Counted from the stretch's first letter, positions 15,325 through 29,882 are shown. The stretch: 64,000 nt of DNA from Eledone cirrhosa (GCA_964016885.1 OZ024749.1:30876001-30940000), one strand, 5' to 3'. Program-made: numbers and translations. The notes: generated by a model not told the origin, from the letters alone.

Positions 15325-15544
15325 GCTGCTGCTACTGCTGCTGACAGAGTGCTAGTTTAGTGTACAATGTGAGATTTATGACGAAAAGACCAGAGACAGA
15401 CTAATGAAGGACATCCAGTTTGTCGTCATGCTAATTGGTCATTGATACCAAACATTAAAATCGATTATAAACTTTTTATTGTCGATTAAAAACAAACGGC
15501 CATACATGAACATGTATATACATATATGTATATAAATATGCATA

Positions 15545-15607
<63 letters not shown>

Positions 15608-15610
<3 letters not shown>

Positions 15611-15722
15611 TGAGTGGTTAGAGAACTGGATTCGCAATCGTGAGGTTGTGAGTTCGATTCCTGGACCGGGCGATGCGTTATGTCCTTGAGCAACACACTT
15701 TATTTCACGCTGCTCCTTCTAC
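15608..15722 (+). mobile_element. tRNA-derived CORE-type SINE (truncated)
   Basis: A box GGCTGAGTGG, B box GTTCGATTCC, CORE-like GTCCTTGAGCAACACACT. Confidence 0.75.
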
Positions 15723-15885
15723 CTGGAGTTGCGACCGATAGATAGTATTAGCAATTGGAAAGACCAATGGAAACACTGTTTCCTCGGTCCGATTTGACGA
15801 AAGTCGATCGTTAGGAATCGTTATGAATATATATATATAAATTAATTCAAAATATTAACAAAATAGATATTCTTGTGATAAATTA

Positions 15886-15952
15886 TATTTTATTATACAT
15901 ATTTCAGAGGTACTGAGTTAAGTTCAACAGTACGTACTCATCAGATAAAATA
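15886..15952 (-). ncRNA. Type I hammerhead, family D, left arm
   Basis: UAUUUUAU-CUGAUGA-stem II(GUACUG/CAGUAC)-GAAA-UAUGUA-UA-AUAAAAUA. Confidence 0.78.
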
Positions 15953-16041
15953 AGATGATGCATGACATACCCTGACATAGTAGATGGTTAAGATTCAGAC
16001 CATGACTGAATCTTAACCATCTACTATGTCATGCATCATCT

Positions 16042-16108
16042 TATTTTATCTGATGAGTACGTACTGTTGGACTTAACTCAGTACCTCTGAAATATGTATA
16101 ATAACATA
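16042..16108 (+). ncRNA. Type I hammerhead, family D, right arm
   Basis: Same fold with CUGAUGA at 16050-16056 and one stem I mismatch. Confidence 0.75.
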
Positions 16109-16298
16109 TCATTTATCACAAGAATATCTATTTTGTTAATATTTTGAATTAATATTAATAACTCTGGAAAACCTTTTCTGTTGAGTGCTTCCAATCTAGT
16201 GTAAAACTCATTCTTTGATGTATTCATTGAACCTTGTTTAACTTTTAAATATAATGTATATATATATATACATATATATATATATGTATATATGTTTG

Positions 16299-16404
<106 letters not shown>

Positions 16405-16631
16405 TATGTATATACATGTTCATGTATGGCCGTTTGTTTTTTTATCGAGAGTAAAAAGTTTATAATCTATTTTAATGTTTGGTTTCAATGACCAATTATC
16501 ATGACGACAAACTGGATGTCCTTAATTAGTGTGTCTCTGGCCTTTTCTTCATTAACAACCTCACATTTAACACTAAACTACCACTCTGTCAGCAGCAGTA
16601 GCAGCAGCAGTAGTAGTGGTAGTAGTAGTAA

Positions 16632-16678
<47 letters not shown>

Positions 16679-16691
16679 TATATATATATAT

Positions 16692-17090
16692 CTAGGGAGT
16701 GTAACTTGGAGTTACTGTAGGTTCACCCGGGTGAGCACTCGATGTTTAGGTTCACTTCAGTGTCGAGGTGTAGAGCTAGACAGAGTGTATTATAGTTAAA
16801 TAAGATAACAAGGACGATTGGTTACTCCTTCATTATGTTTATTGGTTGGTGACGCGGGTTTCGCCACTGACCAGCTCAAGGTTCGATCTGTATCGATCTG
16901 ACCTGAATCTGAAATCCTAGGCTCGTCAGACGCCTTGTAATGTTAATGGGGTCTGACGACCCGCAGATTCAGAGTCAGGTCAGATCGCTACAGCTTGAAC
17001 CTTGAGCTGGTCAGTGGCGAAACGCCCGTCACCAACTAATACACGTAATGAAGGAGTAACCAATCGTCCTTGTTATCTTATTTAACTATA
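16692..17090. mobile_element. Fold-back Penelope-like insertion, family F (tail on left arm)
   Basis: 16792-16931 mirrors 16951-17090; HHR folds at 16848-16932 (-) and 16950-17033 (+) with CUGACGA..GAAA..GUC. Confidence 0.8.
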
Positions 17091-17539
17091 TATATATATA
17101 AATTACACAATAATCAAAGCTATTTTCAAATCATTTTATTGCTGACAATCGTTTCTTCCAAACTTTCGTTTGGTATCATTGGAGCAGTAGCAATATTTGT
17201 ACATATAATTAACCTCCTATTCTACTGAACAATCATATATATACATGGTTATTGAAGTTGTCAACAACAGTTTCTTATTTACAGAGTGGAGTGGATGCGA
17301 CATAGATTACAAGAGAATTGTACAATAATTAAAAATTAAAACGGCACAGAGTGGAATGCATGCGATAGAGATTGTATAGTTGTTTACAGCTCCAATTAGT
17401 TAAATTATTTGTGCTAATATACATTATATTGTGTTAGAGGTTAATCCCTTTTATATATTGCTATTTGATTATATTTAATTTTAAATACAATCTATTTTCC
17501 TATAATACATTAAAGGTCTCATTATATTGTTATCTAAAG

Positions 17540-17727
17540 GGCGGTGGATTGGCAGTATCGGTACATCGGACGACATGCTTTTACGCATAGAGTTACGGCC
17601 CTTGCCATTCTTAGATCAAATCCCGCCGAGGTTAACTTTGCCTTTCATCCTTACAGGGTCGATAAAATAAAGTACCAGTAATGTACTGGGTAAATTCTGG
17701 CCTTGTGCCTAAAGTAGAAACAATTAT
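17540..17727 (+). mobile_element. Octopus OK-like tRNA SINE (Meta-type core)
   Basis: GGCGGTGGATTGGCAG head; CTTTGCCTTTCATCCTT..GGGTCGATAAAATAAAGTACCAG core. Confidence 0.85.
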
Positions 17728-17767
17728 ACTGTTATCTATCCATTACTGAATAAAGTATAAGTATTGC

Positions 17768-17820
17768 TACTGCTCCGATGATTCCAAACGAAAGTTTGGA
17801 AGAAACGATTGCCAGCAATA
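17768..17820 (+). ncRNA. Hammerhead fold, family G (core CCGAUGA)
   Basis: Perfect 8-bp stem II UUCCAAAC-GAAA-GUUUGGAA, then GAAA-CGAUUG; the sister copy (17137-17189, -) keeps the GUC triplet. Confidence 0.65.
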
Positions 17821-17971
17821 AAATAATTTGAACATAGCTTTGATTATTGTGATATGTATATTCCAGCTCTGTATAACATCTGATGTATTTATTTCTTACT
17901 AGTAATAAGGTAGTAATGAACTACTGACCTTTCCTATTTATAGTTGTATATAGTGTATACATAACTATAAA

Positions 17972-18054
<83 letters not shown>

Positions 18055-18059
18055 TTATA

Positions 18060-18219
<160 letters not shown>

Positions 18220-18407
18220 AAAAGAAATTTAGTTAGCTAGAATGAAATATACCAATTATAATATTACAATTATAATATTACAATATAAATGCAGATATGT
18301 TGGTATTTGTGTTTCATCATATATATTAATTTCTATTTAAATGTTTTACACGACTCAGAAATATTTCTTTCTTTGAGCTATTTTCATTGTAAAGGAACTC
18401 ATTACAC

Positions 18408-18511
<104 letters not shown>

Positions 18512-18804
18512 TATGTATATATATATATATAACCACTTATATATTCGTACATATGATTTCCTTTAGATTTGTTTGCCTTTCTATACGAAGATTTTTCAAT
18601 ATCTCAAATTTACGAGTGATGTGATTGTAATAAGATTTCTATCGTTGTGGCATCGAAATATACAGTAGCACACATACATGCACAGACACTAACACAGACA
18701 AACACATATTCACACACACACTACACACAAATACATATAGACACACACATAACTATACACACAAGCAGGCACACACACTTACATACAAATGTATATATAT
18801 ATAT

Positions 18805-19018
18805 CAGAGATGTGAGAAAAACCACAGACCCTCCATCTCAATTCTACTTTTCAAAAGCCGAAGAGCTGCGAAACCGGTAAAGGAACCAAATAAACATATA
18901 TATATATTTTTAAGTGACTCCAGTTGCATTTTCGATTTCATATTTTTTTCTTTATACTTTCACTTGTGTAGGACACCTCAGTTATTTTTCATCTTGTAAA
19001 AAAAACCTCACTTTCTAA
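18805..19018 (+). mobile_element. Family E terminal fragment with degenerate HHR (18847-18882) and tail
   Basis: GAAA-CCGG-UA motif; tail homologous to 62001-62065. Confidence 0.6.
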
Positions 19019-19035
19019 TATATATATATATATAT

Positions 19036-19161
19036 ATTTCTGAAGACAGCATATATATGTGTAGGTATGTATATTCCCTCTGATAGTTTGTAAACATTTT
19101 ACATAGATCTATATGATATACATACCAACACACACATATGTCCTAGAAACGTTCGTAAAAT
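19036..19161 (+). ncRNA. Type I hammerhead candidate with ~100-nt stem II
   Basis: AUUU-CUGAAGA-long hairpin (GGUAUGUAUAU/AUAUACAUACC)-GAAA-CGUUCG-UA-AAAU. Confidence 0.6.
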
Positions 19162-19217
19162 GATGAATTTTTAAATATAAGGAACTGTTTCTTTGTTTTT
19201 ATTCATTATTTTTATTA

Positions 19218-19294
<77 letters not shown>

Positions 19295-19312
19295 ATTATA
19301 TATATATATATA

Positions 19313-19459
19313 TTTATTAAAGTAACAGATTAAAGTTTAAGCAAAGAATCGCTGCTTTCACCCTTAACGGGATCTTCTGCTCTACGGTTCTTATATATTT
19401 GATATATATTTATCCTTATCGAGCCCTCTTTTGATTTTAGTCTTCAAATTTATTATTAT

Positions 19460-19463
<4 letters not shown>
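19313..19463. mobile_element. Family B mini fold-back (inverted HHR arm joined to tail)
   Basis: Reverse-complement HHR arm 19313-19379 fused to the + strand tail GCTCTACGG..TCGAGC. Confidence 0.75.
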
Positions 19464-19493
<30 letters not shown>

Positions 19494-19664
19494 AAGCAAA
19501 TTATAAACGTAAACATGTAAGTATGTTTTTGAAACGGTGCGCGAGTTTGAAATTAGAAATTTGATATTATAAGCTTTCACCGTATTTTAGACTAAAGAAA
19601 TGTCTAGCCTGATAGTGGGGTTTATAACCCTCGGAGAAATGGAAAAAGATGAGTGTTGCCGTAC

Positions 19665-19792
<128 letters not shown>

Positions 19793-19895
19793 TGAGCAAT
19801 GCGCATAAGAATTATAAAAATATTGTAAATTCCGCCTGACCCCTATGATATATCATTTATTGCCATGATATATATATACATACATATATATATAA

Positions 19896-19977
<82 letters not shown>

Positions 19978-20084
19978 ATATCATATATATATATATGCCT
20001 ACATAAACACACAGGTACACATATATATATACATGCATACACACACACACACATATATATATCCATACATATACAACACACACA

Positions 20085-20141
<57 letters not shown>

Positions 20142-20147
<6 letters not shown>

Positions 20148-20508
20148 GATTCTACAGGACTAGAACTGTTTCATTCATTAGAAATCATCAGGAATCTGGG
20201 TATCAAAAAATAAATATGGTATTTATAGGTCTCTACAAGTGGTAGGAGAGGGTGGGGAGTGGGATGGGTGCAGGTCATTGGTTTCTATCAACCAATGACC
20301 TGCACCCATCCCACTCCCCACCCTCTCCTACCACTTGTAGAGACCTATAAATACCATATTTATTTTTTGATACCCAGATTCCTGATGATTTCTAATGAAT
20401 GAAACAGTTCTAGTCCTGTAGAATCTCATCTATATTAAAACTGTTATACTCTGCTATGTATTGAGTACCTTACTTACTGTGGTTACCTCCGATTCAACCC
20501 GGAATAAC

Positions 20509-20510
<2 letters not shown>
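20142..20510. mobile_element. Perfect-palindrome Penelope-like insertion, family H
   Basis: ~141-bp arms with no mismatch seen, 6-nt loop at 20284-20289, ~80-nt tail on the right. Confidence 0.9.
20376..20426 (+). ncRNA. Type I hammerhead ribozyme, family H (mirror copy 20147-20197, -)
   Basis: AGAUUC-CUGAUGA-UUUC UAAU GAAU-GAAA-CAG..CUG-UA-GAAUCU; predicted cleavage after 20420. Confidence 0.85.
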
Positions 20511-20558
<48 letters not shown>

Positions 20559-21309
20559 ATATAACTATAGCCAGAAACATTGTCTATACATAACATATCT
20601 AATGTCTTATATATTTTATATGGATAAAACATCGTATGAGAATCAGAAATACCGTTATTTTAATGTCATTTTCGGAAAGGGATAATAATTTATTCCGATC
20701 CAAGTCATAATGATTTAATGATACCATTTTATGTTCGTATCTATTTATTGCAGTACATATATTTTGGTTGAAACATATCCAAATATCTTATGGTTTGTTC
20801 ACATGTAATTTCCGGACACTCTTTATTCCTTATACAGAATGGCTTTAAGAAATAAGTATGAAATATGTCACAATTTTCATATTTTATATATGTGGTGGAT
20901 GCTATTGGACACACGTCACGTTCCTTCCCTTGCAATTTCAGGGTTTTCTGTAAATTCCATTCCCTTGTGAATTGTCAACTCGTATTTTGTTTTTTTTCAC
21001 CATTATATGGTATATATCAAACGAAATGTAAATCAATGATGACATCAAAATGGAATTCGGGCTCTCGATAAATATGCCAAGATATATATTTTGCAACGGC
21101 AAATTCTTATTCATCAACAATATAATTTATTAGAAAATGATATGATAATAAAAGAATTAGAACCAGAAGAAACCATCCAGCAGATGAAAATGAGGGATAT
21201 GGAATATAGCATTGACTGATGAAATATGGAAAGAGTTTTTATCGAAGTCCTGGATCCATTCTAAAGCGGGAATTAATACTCGAAACATAAAAGTAAAAAA
21301 TCTTTCTTA

Positions 21310-21575
21310 AGCCAGAAAGCTCATTTGGCCGCTGCTTATCCCGGTTTCATGACGTGAAGCGGCTGATAATAGAAGACCACTCTCCTGGACAGAACGACAG
21401 TCCATCGCAGGTTTAAACCTCCAGCTATTGCTGGTACTCCTTTTCAGCTAAGTATACTGGAGCAACGTTAAATGAAGTGTTTTGCTCAGTAACACAACAC
21501 GCAACCCAGCCCAGGAATTGAACCCACGACACTATGATCGTATGTCCAACACCCTTACCACTAGGCCACGAGCCT
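21310..21575 (-). mobile_element. tRNA-derived CORE-type SINE
   Basis: Reverse-strand tRNA head (GTGGCCTAGTGG..GGTTCAATTCC) and CORE-like segment. Confidence 0.75.
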
Positions 21576-21749
21576 CCACCCAGAAACATAACAAAGGTCA
21601 TTAATATACTAGCCCAATAGTTCCGAAAAAAGGGTTCCGTGGAACCCAAGTTTTCCACAAAGGATGTCCGGCTTCCGTGAGAGAAGTTAGAGGAGTATAT
21701 TTATATTACGACCATATTAATATTATTAAACTTTGGAGTTCCCAAGGAT

Positions 21750-21966
21750 TGCGATGGGCAGAATCGGTAGAGCGTCGGACAACATGCTTAGCGGTATAGA
21801 GGTACGGCCCATTACGTTCTGAGTTCAAATCCCATCGAGGTTAGCTTTGCCTTTCAACCTTACAAGACCGATAAAATAAAGCTCCAATAATACACTATAG
21901 TCAATTTAATCAACTTTACCCTCCACCAAAATTACTGACCTTGTGCCTAGATCATAAATTATTATT
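21750..21966 (+). mobile_element. OK-like SINE
   Basis: GCAGAATCGGTAG..GAGTTCAAATCCC..CTTTGCCTTTCA core. Confidence 0.8.
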
Positions 21967-21979
21967 ATAAAAAGTTTAG

Positions 21980-22348
21980 AAGGACATTATCTACAGAGTG
22001 TCGGGTAACATGGTTTCTGGCGTAATCGACCAAGCATAAACGAGTTGAGAGTGAAACTGTGTATAAGAGACATAAACTGTACTGAGTTGGAGACAAGACG
22101 TTTGTATGGCCATGTGATGCGCATGGAAGATGACCGCTGGGACAAGAAATACCAAGAAATTCCTGTGGAAGGAAGACGTTTAGAAGAAGACAACGAAAAA
22201 CAGGGGCGGATGTGGTGAGAGGTGACTTAAGATCACTGAAGCTCACAGAGGAGATAATGAAAGACCGTGACGAATAGAGAGATGCTGTGCTGAAAAGAAC
22301 TCGCCCGACTCCTGCAAGCAGGGAAAAGTGGATGTAAACTGATGATCA
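21980..22348 (+). mobile_element. RTE-clade LINE 3' fragment
   Basis: Remnant LYGHVMRMEDDRW..VEGRR motif; ends in TGATGAT. Confidence 0.7.
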
Positions 22349-22889
22349 TTTACCGCCTTTTATACAGTCGATAAAATAAAGTGGGGTCGATATAATCGAA
22401 TTTACCCTTGCCCGAAAAATGTTGGCTTTGTACCTGAATCAGAAACCATAATCAAAATATCTGTTATAGATATCGGAGCCCCAGCTGAAAAAAACAGTTC
22501 TGTAAAAGATATTTGAGAAACACAGTAAATACGAGGATCTTGGGGTAGAAATTAGCAGAGTAAGAGCAAAATCATCTGGCAGCAGCAGCTGCAATAGTAG
22601 TAGTAGTAGTAGTAGTAGTAGTAATAGTAGTAGTAGTAGTAGCAGTAGCAGTAAAAGTAGTAGTAGTAAATATTTCCAACGATTGCTTAATTACCCTTGA
22701 GCCGTTTTATACGTAGAGTGAACAGTAATGTCTTTTATTGAGGAAGAGCAAATTACAAATATATAGTTATAGCAGTCTAATCTCCACCATTTATCTTATT
22801 CGGCAGTTATTCAAATTGTAAGCAACGTTATCACAGCGGACAAAGTGGGATTTTTTGTGATCGAGTGGAAGTCAGAGAAAGAGAACGGA

Positions 22890-22940
<51 letters not shown>

Positions 22941-23004
22941 AAGAAAGAGAAATTGACGGAGTGAGAAGAAGGCGAGACTGGGGGAAGAAAGATGGAGGTA
23001 TACA

Positions 23005-23320
23005 ATAATTGTTTCTACTTTTGGCACTAGGCCAGCAATTACCCAGTGTATTACTGGTACTTTATTTTATCGACCCTGTAAGAATGAAAGGCAAAGTTAC
23101 CCTCGGCGGGATTTGAACTCAGACCACAAAAGGCCGAAACTGTATGGTGCAAAGCATGGCCTCCGAATCTCTCCCGATACTTCCAATCCAAAGTCGATAA
23201 TACGACTATAAGAATCCTTCGACTTGGCACAAGAAGTTTTGTTTAAGATAGAAGACTGATTTGTCAAAATTGGTGCAAAGCATGGCGTCCGACCCTCTAC
23301 CGATACTGCCAATCCACCGA
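23005..23320 (-). mobile_element. OK-like SINE, interrupted
   Basis: Reverse complement of the SINE 3' part and core at 23005-23160, head at 23265-23320. Confidence 0.75.
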
Positions 23321-23499
23321 TGATTTCAGAACAAATGTCTCGAGCTTTATATTTATATATTTTATATTTATATATTTTATATTTATATATTTTATATTTA
23401 TATATTTTATATTTATATATTTTATATCGATGGCTAATTCTGGACTAGCATTTATGTAGTTTGCATTAGAATTTATGTATTGTAGCGGCACTCTTATAT

Positions 23500-24246
23500 A
23501 TCGTATTAGTATTCATTTTCGGCATCTGAATTAATATTTCGTATTAGTTTCGGGTCTCTGAATTATTATTTCGTATTAGGTTTTTTTAGTATTTTGGCCC
23601 CCTACTTGTTGACCTGTCATTGTAAGATAGATTAGGCCAAGTACTACTAACTCATAAAATTCTTTCACTACAATCTCGTATTTAGTATCCCGCTCGACTT
23701 TTCTATAGTCTAGTGAGGGATTTGATGATTGTGGTAGGGGAATAGTAACCAGAAATTGTGTTTGTTTATGTTTTTAACATTCTTATTTATCTATATAGAT
23801 TTAATCCATATAGATCTACTTATTGTTTCGATTCCTCCCCTCCCCTCCCCCTCTTGACCTCTTAGCCTTAGGATTCTGCTGTAGTCCTCACTTTCAACGC
23901 ACGACTGGGTTTCCTCCAATCCCTCTCCCTCTTTCTTCTACTGGCAAGTTCAGCTACCCCTTTCTTCCACAAAATGCCATGATAGAATTATGTCTCTCAA
24001 CAACAAACTTTTGACCAATCCTTGTGACAATCACTTTTACCATATATGGAATATTACCCCCTGAGAAGCTCGGCTATTCATTTACCAGGATAAACATTTT
24101 CATTTAGTCCAGAATTAGCCGTCGAAACAGCTTGAGCTCAGCCGTCGGGGTCCTACTCGTTCCTATTACCCACTCTACTACCCTAAGTATTGAGTATTTT
24201 GGTACGTTATGGTCCATCTAGTTCCGTACCACATTTCCTTCGTTAA
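23500..24246 (+). mobile_element. Family A Penelope-like 3' region with HHR (24056-24151) and tail
   Basis: Homologous to reverse-complement 7076-7300; ACCCC-CUGAGAA..GAAA..GUC-GGGGU; 5' boundary uncertain. Confidence 0.7.
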
Positions 24247-24272
24247 ATATATATATATATATATATATGTAT

Positions 24273-24311
24273 GGCCGCGAAATAAAGGTTCGTTAATACT
24301 GTACTAAAATT

Positions 24312-24371
<60 letters not shown>

Positions 24372-24411
24372 AATTTTAGTACAGCATTAACGAAGCTTTA
24401 GTTCGCGGCCA
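24273..24411. repeat. Inverted repeat centred on (TA)n
   Basis: GGCCGCGAAATAAAGGTTCGTTAATACTGTACTAAAATTTG mirrored across a TA tract. Confidence 0.85.
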
Positions 24412-24580
24412 AGCTAACGATTGCAAATTCGGTATGTAGCTTTAGCACTCGGATGGGGAAAATTACCCCAGAGTAATAACAATACTTTAGACAGCTTAGC
24501 AAATCAAATATAGCGATCGGCAGTCCAGTCGCATCACCAGAGCAACGAAAATACAGGACTCAGGAAAAGATTTTAGATAT

Positions 24581-24627
<47 letters not shown>

Positions 24628-25294
24628 TATATATAATATATTGTTTCAACACACGATTTCAGATAAAGAATCTTGCTAAACAAATTCAGAAACGAAATAT
24701 ATATATATATATATATCCCCCACACACTTACAGACACATTCCTACTGACCATCCCTCTACCACGAATTACTCTGCTACACACACACACACACACACTTGT
24801 CTTAATAGGCATTTGAACTGTCACAGGCAGCGGTTCGCACACACATCCCTGCTGACGATTATCACAACAGCGAACCTCTTTACTACTACTACACACACAT
24901 ATTTGTTGTGAAATATTTATCTCTCAGTCAGCCGACACAAACCTACATTTGGCGCAAAATCAATTTTTTACATTCACATGACCTCTACCGACCAATCAAA
25001 ATTGTTTTGACCACAAGAATTTTTGCAACACGAATTGGCGCAAAACTTCTTTTAATACCGCTGGAGCCACCTTTTTAACATAAAAACAGGTAGAATTCCC
25101 AAAACTAATCAGATCAGAGCAAACATCACGGACGCTCTATCTCAAAATTATTTTTGAAAAGCATTAGAAATGCACAACCGGTAAAACTTAAAACCAAAAC
25201 TTAATACTAACCAATACTATTACTAATTATCACTTATTCCTAATTAAACTATTTTTCACTGTGAACAATTTGTCAGCATTTTCTATTCCGTTTA

Positions 25295-25355
<61 letters not shown>

Positions 25356-25358
<3 letters not shown>

Positions 25359-26456
25359 CGAGTAGGACCCCATTGTTATCCTTGAGGTCCCATATGTGGC
25401 CCGAAGGTGTAGTGGCGTGACGCCGGGCCGGGTTTCGGAAGGTATGTCTGTGTTGGTATAGCCGGGTCTTGAAGTCACATGCGGTTAATCCTATGTAAGC
25501 TTTGTTGGAGGTGTCCGTCCTCACGTTGCACTGGTAGATCACATTACGATCTCTGCATCTGTTGTCGAGGGGGCAAATGGATTCATCAGGACAGTTGCAC
25601 TTCCTGGTCGGCTCTCCACTGCTATTTAGGTTATTTCTTCCATAGGGGTTGAGTTTTGTGTTGTTAGAGGAGACGATGTTTAGTGTAAAGTTTGGTGTGG
25701 TGCTGTAGGAGAGTTTGATGGTATTTTTGTTAATTATGTTGGGGTAGCGGTGTTGTAGTGGGAAGTGTTTTTCAATGAGCCTAAAGAAGATTTTCCCGAT
25801 AGGAGTTGTCATCTCGGCGTTGTGGGGAGGATTGAACCATGTTATATTGCGTGAGCGGCGGTGTCGCCCGCTGGTTCCGCTAATGGAAGCTGGACAGTAG
25901 GATATTTCCTCCCGGAAACCACCCTGCTTGAGGGCCTGGTTGTAATAAGGCGTATGTTCCTCGAATATCTGCTCATTAGCGGACAAACGAGAATTGTTTA
26001 CGGATCCGGTCTGTACTACTGGGGTTGTACCCTTTAAGGGTAAGGAGCCCATCATCACGGTACAATCCACCGCCGAATGCAGGAAACATAACGGTGAGTT
26101 TAGCTAGTAGAAATAATCCTATAAGATCTGTGACCTCAGCCGAATCGGTCGCGCCCATGCTGGCGTCAAAGGGGGAGTCGGGAGCTCTATTTATCCATTT
26201 GGAGTTGTCGAAGAGTAGGACTGTCTTCCTGGCGTGGATGATGATGTTTCTTTCATTGTCGGTGATGGGCGCAAGTGTTTCGGCGAAGTCCAAGGCAGCC
26301 GTAAGTAGCGTCACGCCACTACACTTTCGGGCCACATATGGGACCTCAAGGATAACACTGGGGTCCTTCTCGTTCCTATTACCCACTCTACTACCCTAAG
26401 TATTGAGTAATTTGGTACGTTATGGTCCACCTGGTTCCTTACCACATTTCCTTCGT

Positions 26457-26458
<2 letters not shown>
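25356..26458 (-). mobile_element. Rearranged Naiad-type Penelope-like element (RT + GIY-YIG fragments), family A fold-back
   Basis: RT motifs MGATDSAEVTDLIG and LYRDDGL; WFNPP; CNCxxxxxCPLxxxC linker; VIY..YIG; internal deletion near 25990; inverted tailed arm 26308-26458. Confidence 0.9.
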
Positions 26459-27092
<634 letters not shown>

Positions 27093-27720
27093 ATACCCCA
27101 TTCTGCAGTTTTGCTTTTGAACTTTCTTCTTCTTTCAAATAAATACATGCAACCCTAATGTGCATGGTTTTCCAGACCTGAGGTGTACCATAAAATACCG
27201 TGGGTCTAATTCTCAGGTTTAAAGTTCGTGCATCATAAAATAAAAGTGGTTACAATTTATACATCAATACACATGTTTGCTTTTGAACTCCCTCCTTATT
27301 TCAGATCAGCAGATTCAGTCTTAATGCCGAAAGTTTACCTACACCTAATATATATCATCAAAGACCAAGGGCCTAATATTCAGGAATAGTGTTCCTGCGG
27401 CATAAAACTGGATGAAGATAATCTATATGCGTTGCTTAACACACTTACCTATGTACCATTCTATGAGCAACAACATTTCTTTTATTATATACATATGTAT
27501 ATATACATATATATAGTAGTAAAAGGAAAAGAAAAAGCTGACAAATTTTTCCCAGTGAAAAATAGTTTAATTAGGAATAAGTAAAAATTAGTAATAAGTA
27601 TTGGTTAGTATTCAGTTTTAGTTTTAAGTTTTTACCGGATGCGCATTTCTAATGCTTTTCAAATATAATTTTCAAAAATAATTTTGAGATAGAGCGCCCG
27701 TGATGTTTGCTCGTTGATAC

Positions 27721-27828
27721 CTCTACAGAGATCTGAACATGGTACTCTTCTAAATCCTTCAAGGAAATCTCAAGATGAAGCTCTCCAGCACCAGTTCCAA
27801 TATGCTCTCCAGATTCTTCAATTGTATA
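27721..27828 (-). pseudogene. Orphan eEF2-like exon (108 nt, phase 0-0)
   Basis: ttttgcag|[36 protein letters not shown]|gtatca; resembles eEF2 [30 protein letters not shown]. Confidence 0.82.
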
Positions 27829-27903
27829 CTGCAAAAACAGAACCAATATATATATATATATATACATATATACACATATATACATATATATATATATACA
27901 TAC

Positions 27904-27936
<33 letters not shown>

Positions 27937-27962
27937 CATATATACACATATATATATACATA

Positions 27963-28235
27963 TACCAAATCAACTTTTTAAATGGAAGTTGAAGTTGTAA
28001 GGTATGTCAAATCTATCTATTTATAAGACTGTTTATATTGTATTTTGTCTGAAGAAGGCATACCATATTTTTAATATGATATCCCTGAAATATATATAGT
28101 GAAATAAATATGGTTTTATAAACATAGTTTCCATTTATTTAATATCGTAAATATACTCCAAATACTTGTTGAGTGCTTTTATATCAGTTATAAATATTTA
28201 CTCGTTGTAACCCAACAATTTAAATAAAACTTTGC
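27963..28235 (+). mobile_element. Family I terminal fragment with HHR (28041-28106) and tail
   Basis: Near-identical to 60135-60320 plus the tail seen at 57213-57300; CUGAAGA core. Confidence 0.85.
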
Positions 28236-28602
<367 letters not shown>

Positions 28603-29061
28603 TATACACACACAATATACATATGTATATATATATAGATGTATATATATATATATACATATGTATATATTTGTGTGTCTATAAATATATATGTGTGTGC
28701 GTGAGTGACATACAGACAATAATTTGCATTTTCGTTCTTACTTTCTTTTGATCACATGAACGAATGAGTAAAAAAAATCGACTAAGGGTAAATGGAATGC
28801 AGGATTTTGCTCTAACATCGGACTATATCTCTGGCTATCTAACTATGTATCTATCTCCCTATCTCTTCTCTCTTACTCAATATCTCCCTCACTAACTCTG
28901 ACTATGTCTCCCTCAAATTAGAAACGTATATATGTATGTGTATCCCCGTAAATACATATGTAACTGCATAAAAAGACACACAAGCATGAGACGCCTATAT
29001 ATAAATGTCTGTCATCGTAATATGTCCATCTATAAGTATATATATCATATAAATATCTATA

Positions 29062-29132
<71 letters not shown>

Positions 29133-29134
<2 letters not shown>

Positions 29135-29323
29135 CAAAGGAAATGTGGTAAGGAACCAGATGGACCATAACGCACCAGAGTACTCAATACTTAGGGTAGT
29201 AGAGTGGGAAATAGGAAAAAGTATGACCCCGACAACAGAGCTAAAGCCGTTTCGACGTCTATTTCTGTCCAGAAATAGCCGTCGAAAGGGCTTGAACTCA
29301 GCCGTCGCGGTCATACTTTTTCC
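29133..29323. mobile_element. Family A mini fold-back
   Basis: Same architecture as 28283-28470, more diverged. Confidence 0.85.
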
Positions 29324-29329
29324 TATATA

Positions 29330-29851
<522 letters not shown>

Positions 29852-29882
29852 ATATATATATATATATATATAGATATATATT

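Larger units (their letters stand above)
15840..16256. mobile_element. Fold-back Penelope-like insertion, family D (tail on right arm)
   Basis: 15841-15998 is the reverse complement of ~16005-16153; ~100-nt tail; TA flanks. Confidence 0.85.
17106..17975. mobile_element. Inverted-arm Penelope-like insertion, family G, interrupted by a SINE
   Basis: 17106-17200 mirrors ~17755-17851; HHR fold in both arms; extension on the right arm is similar to 62095-62165. Confidence 0.7.

Noticed and set aside
15608-15680. tRNA gene
   Set aside because: A/B boxes run into a SINE core with no complete cloverleaf; it is a SINE head
20741-21210. Short Cys-containing and acidic ORFs as host exons
   Set aside because: No recognisable domain and no convincing splice-site pairing
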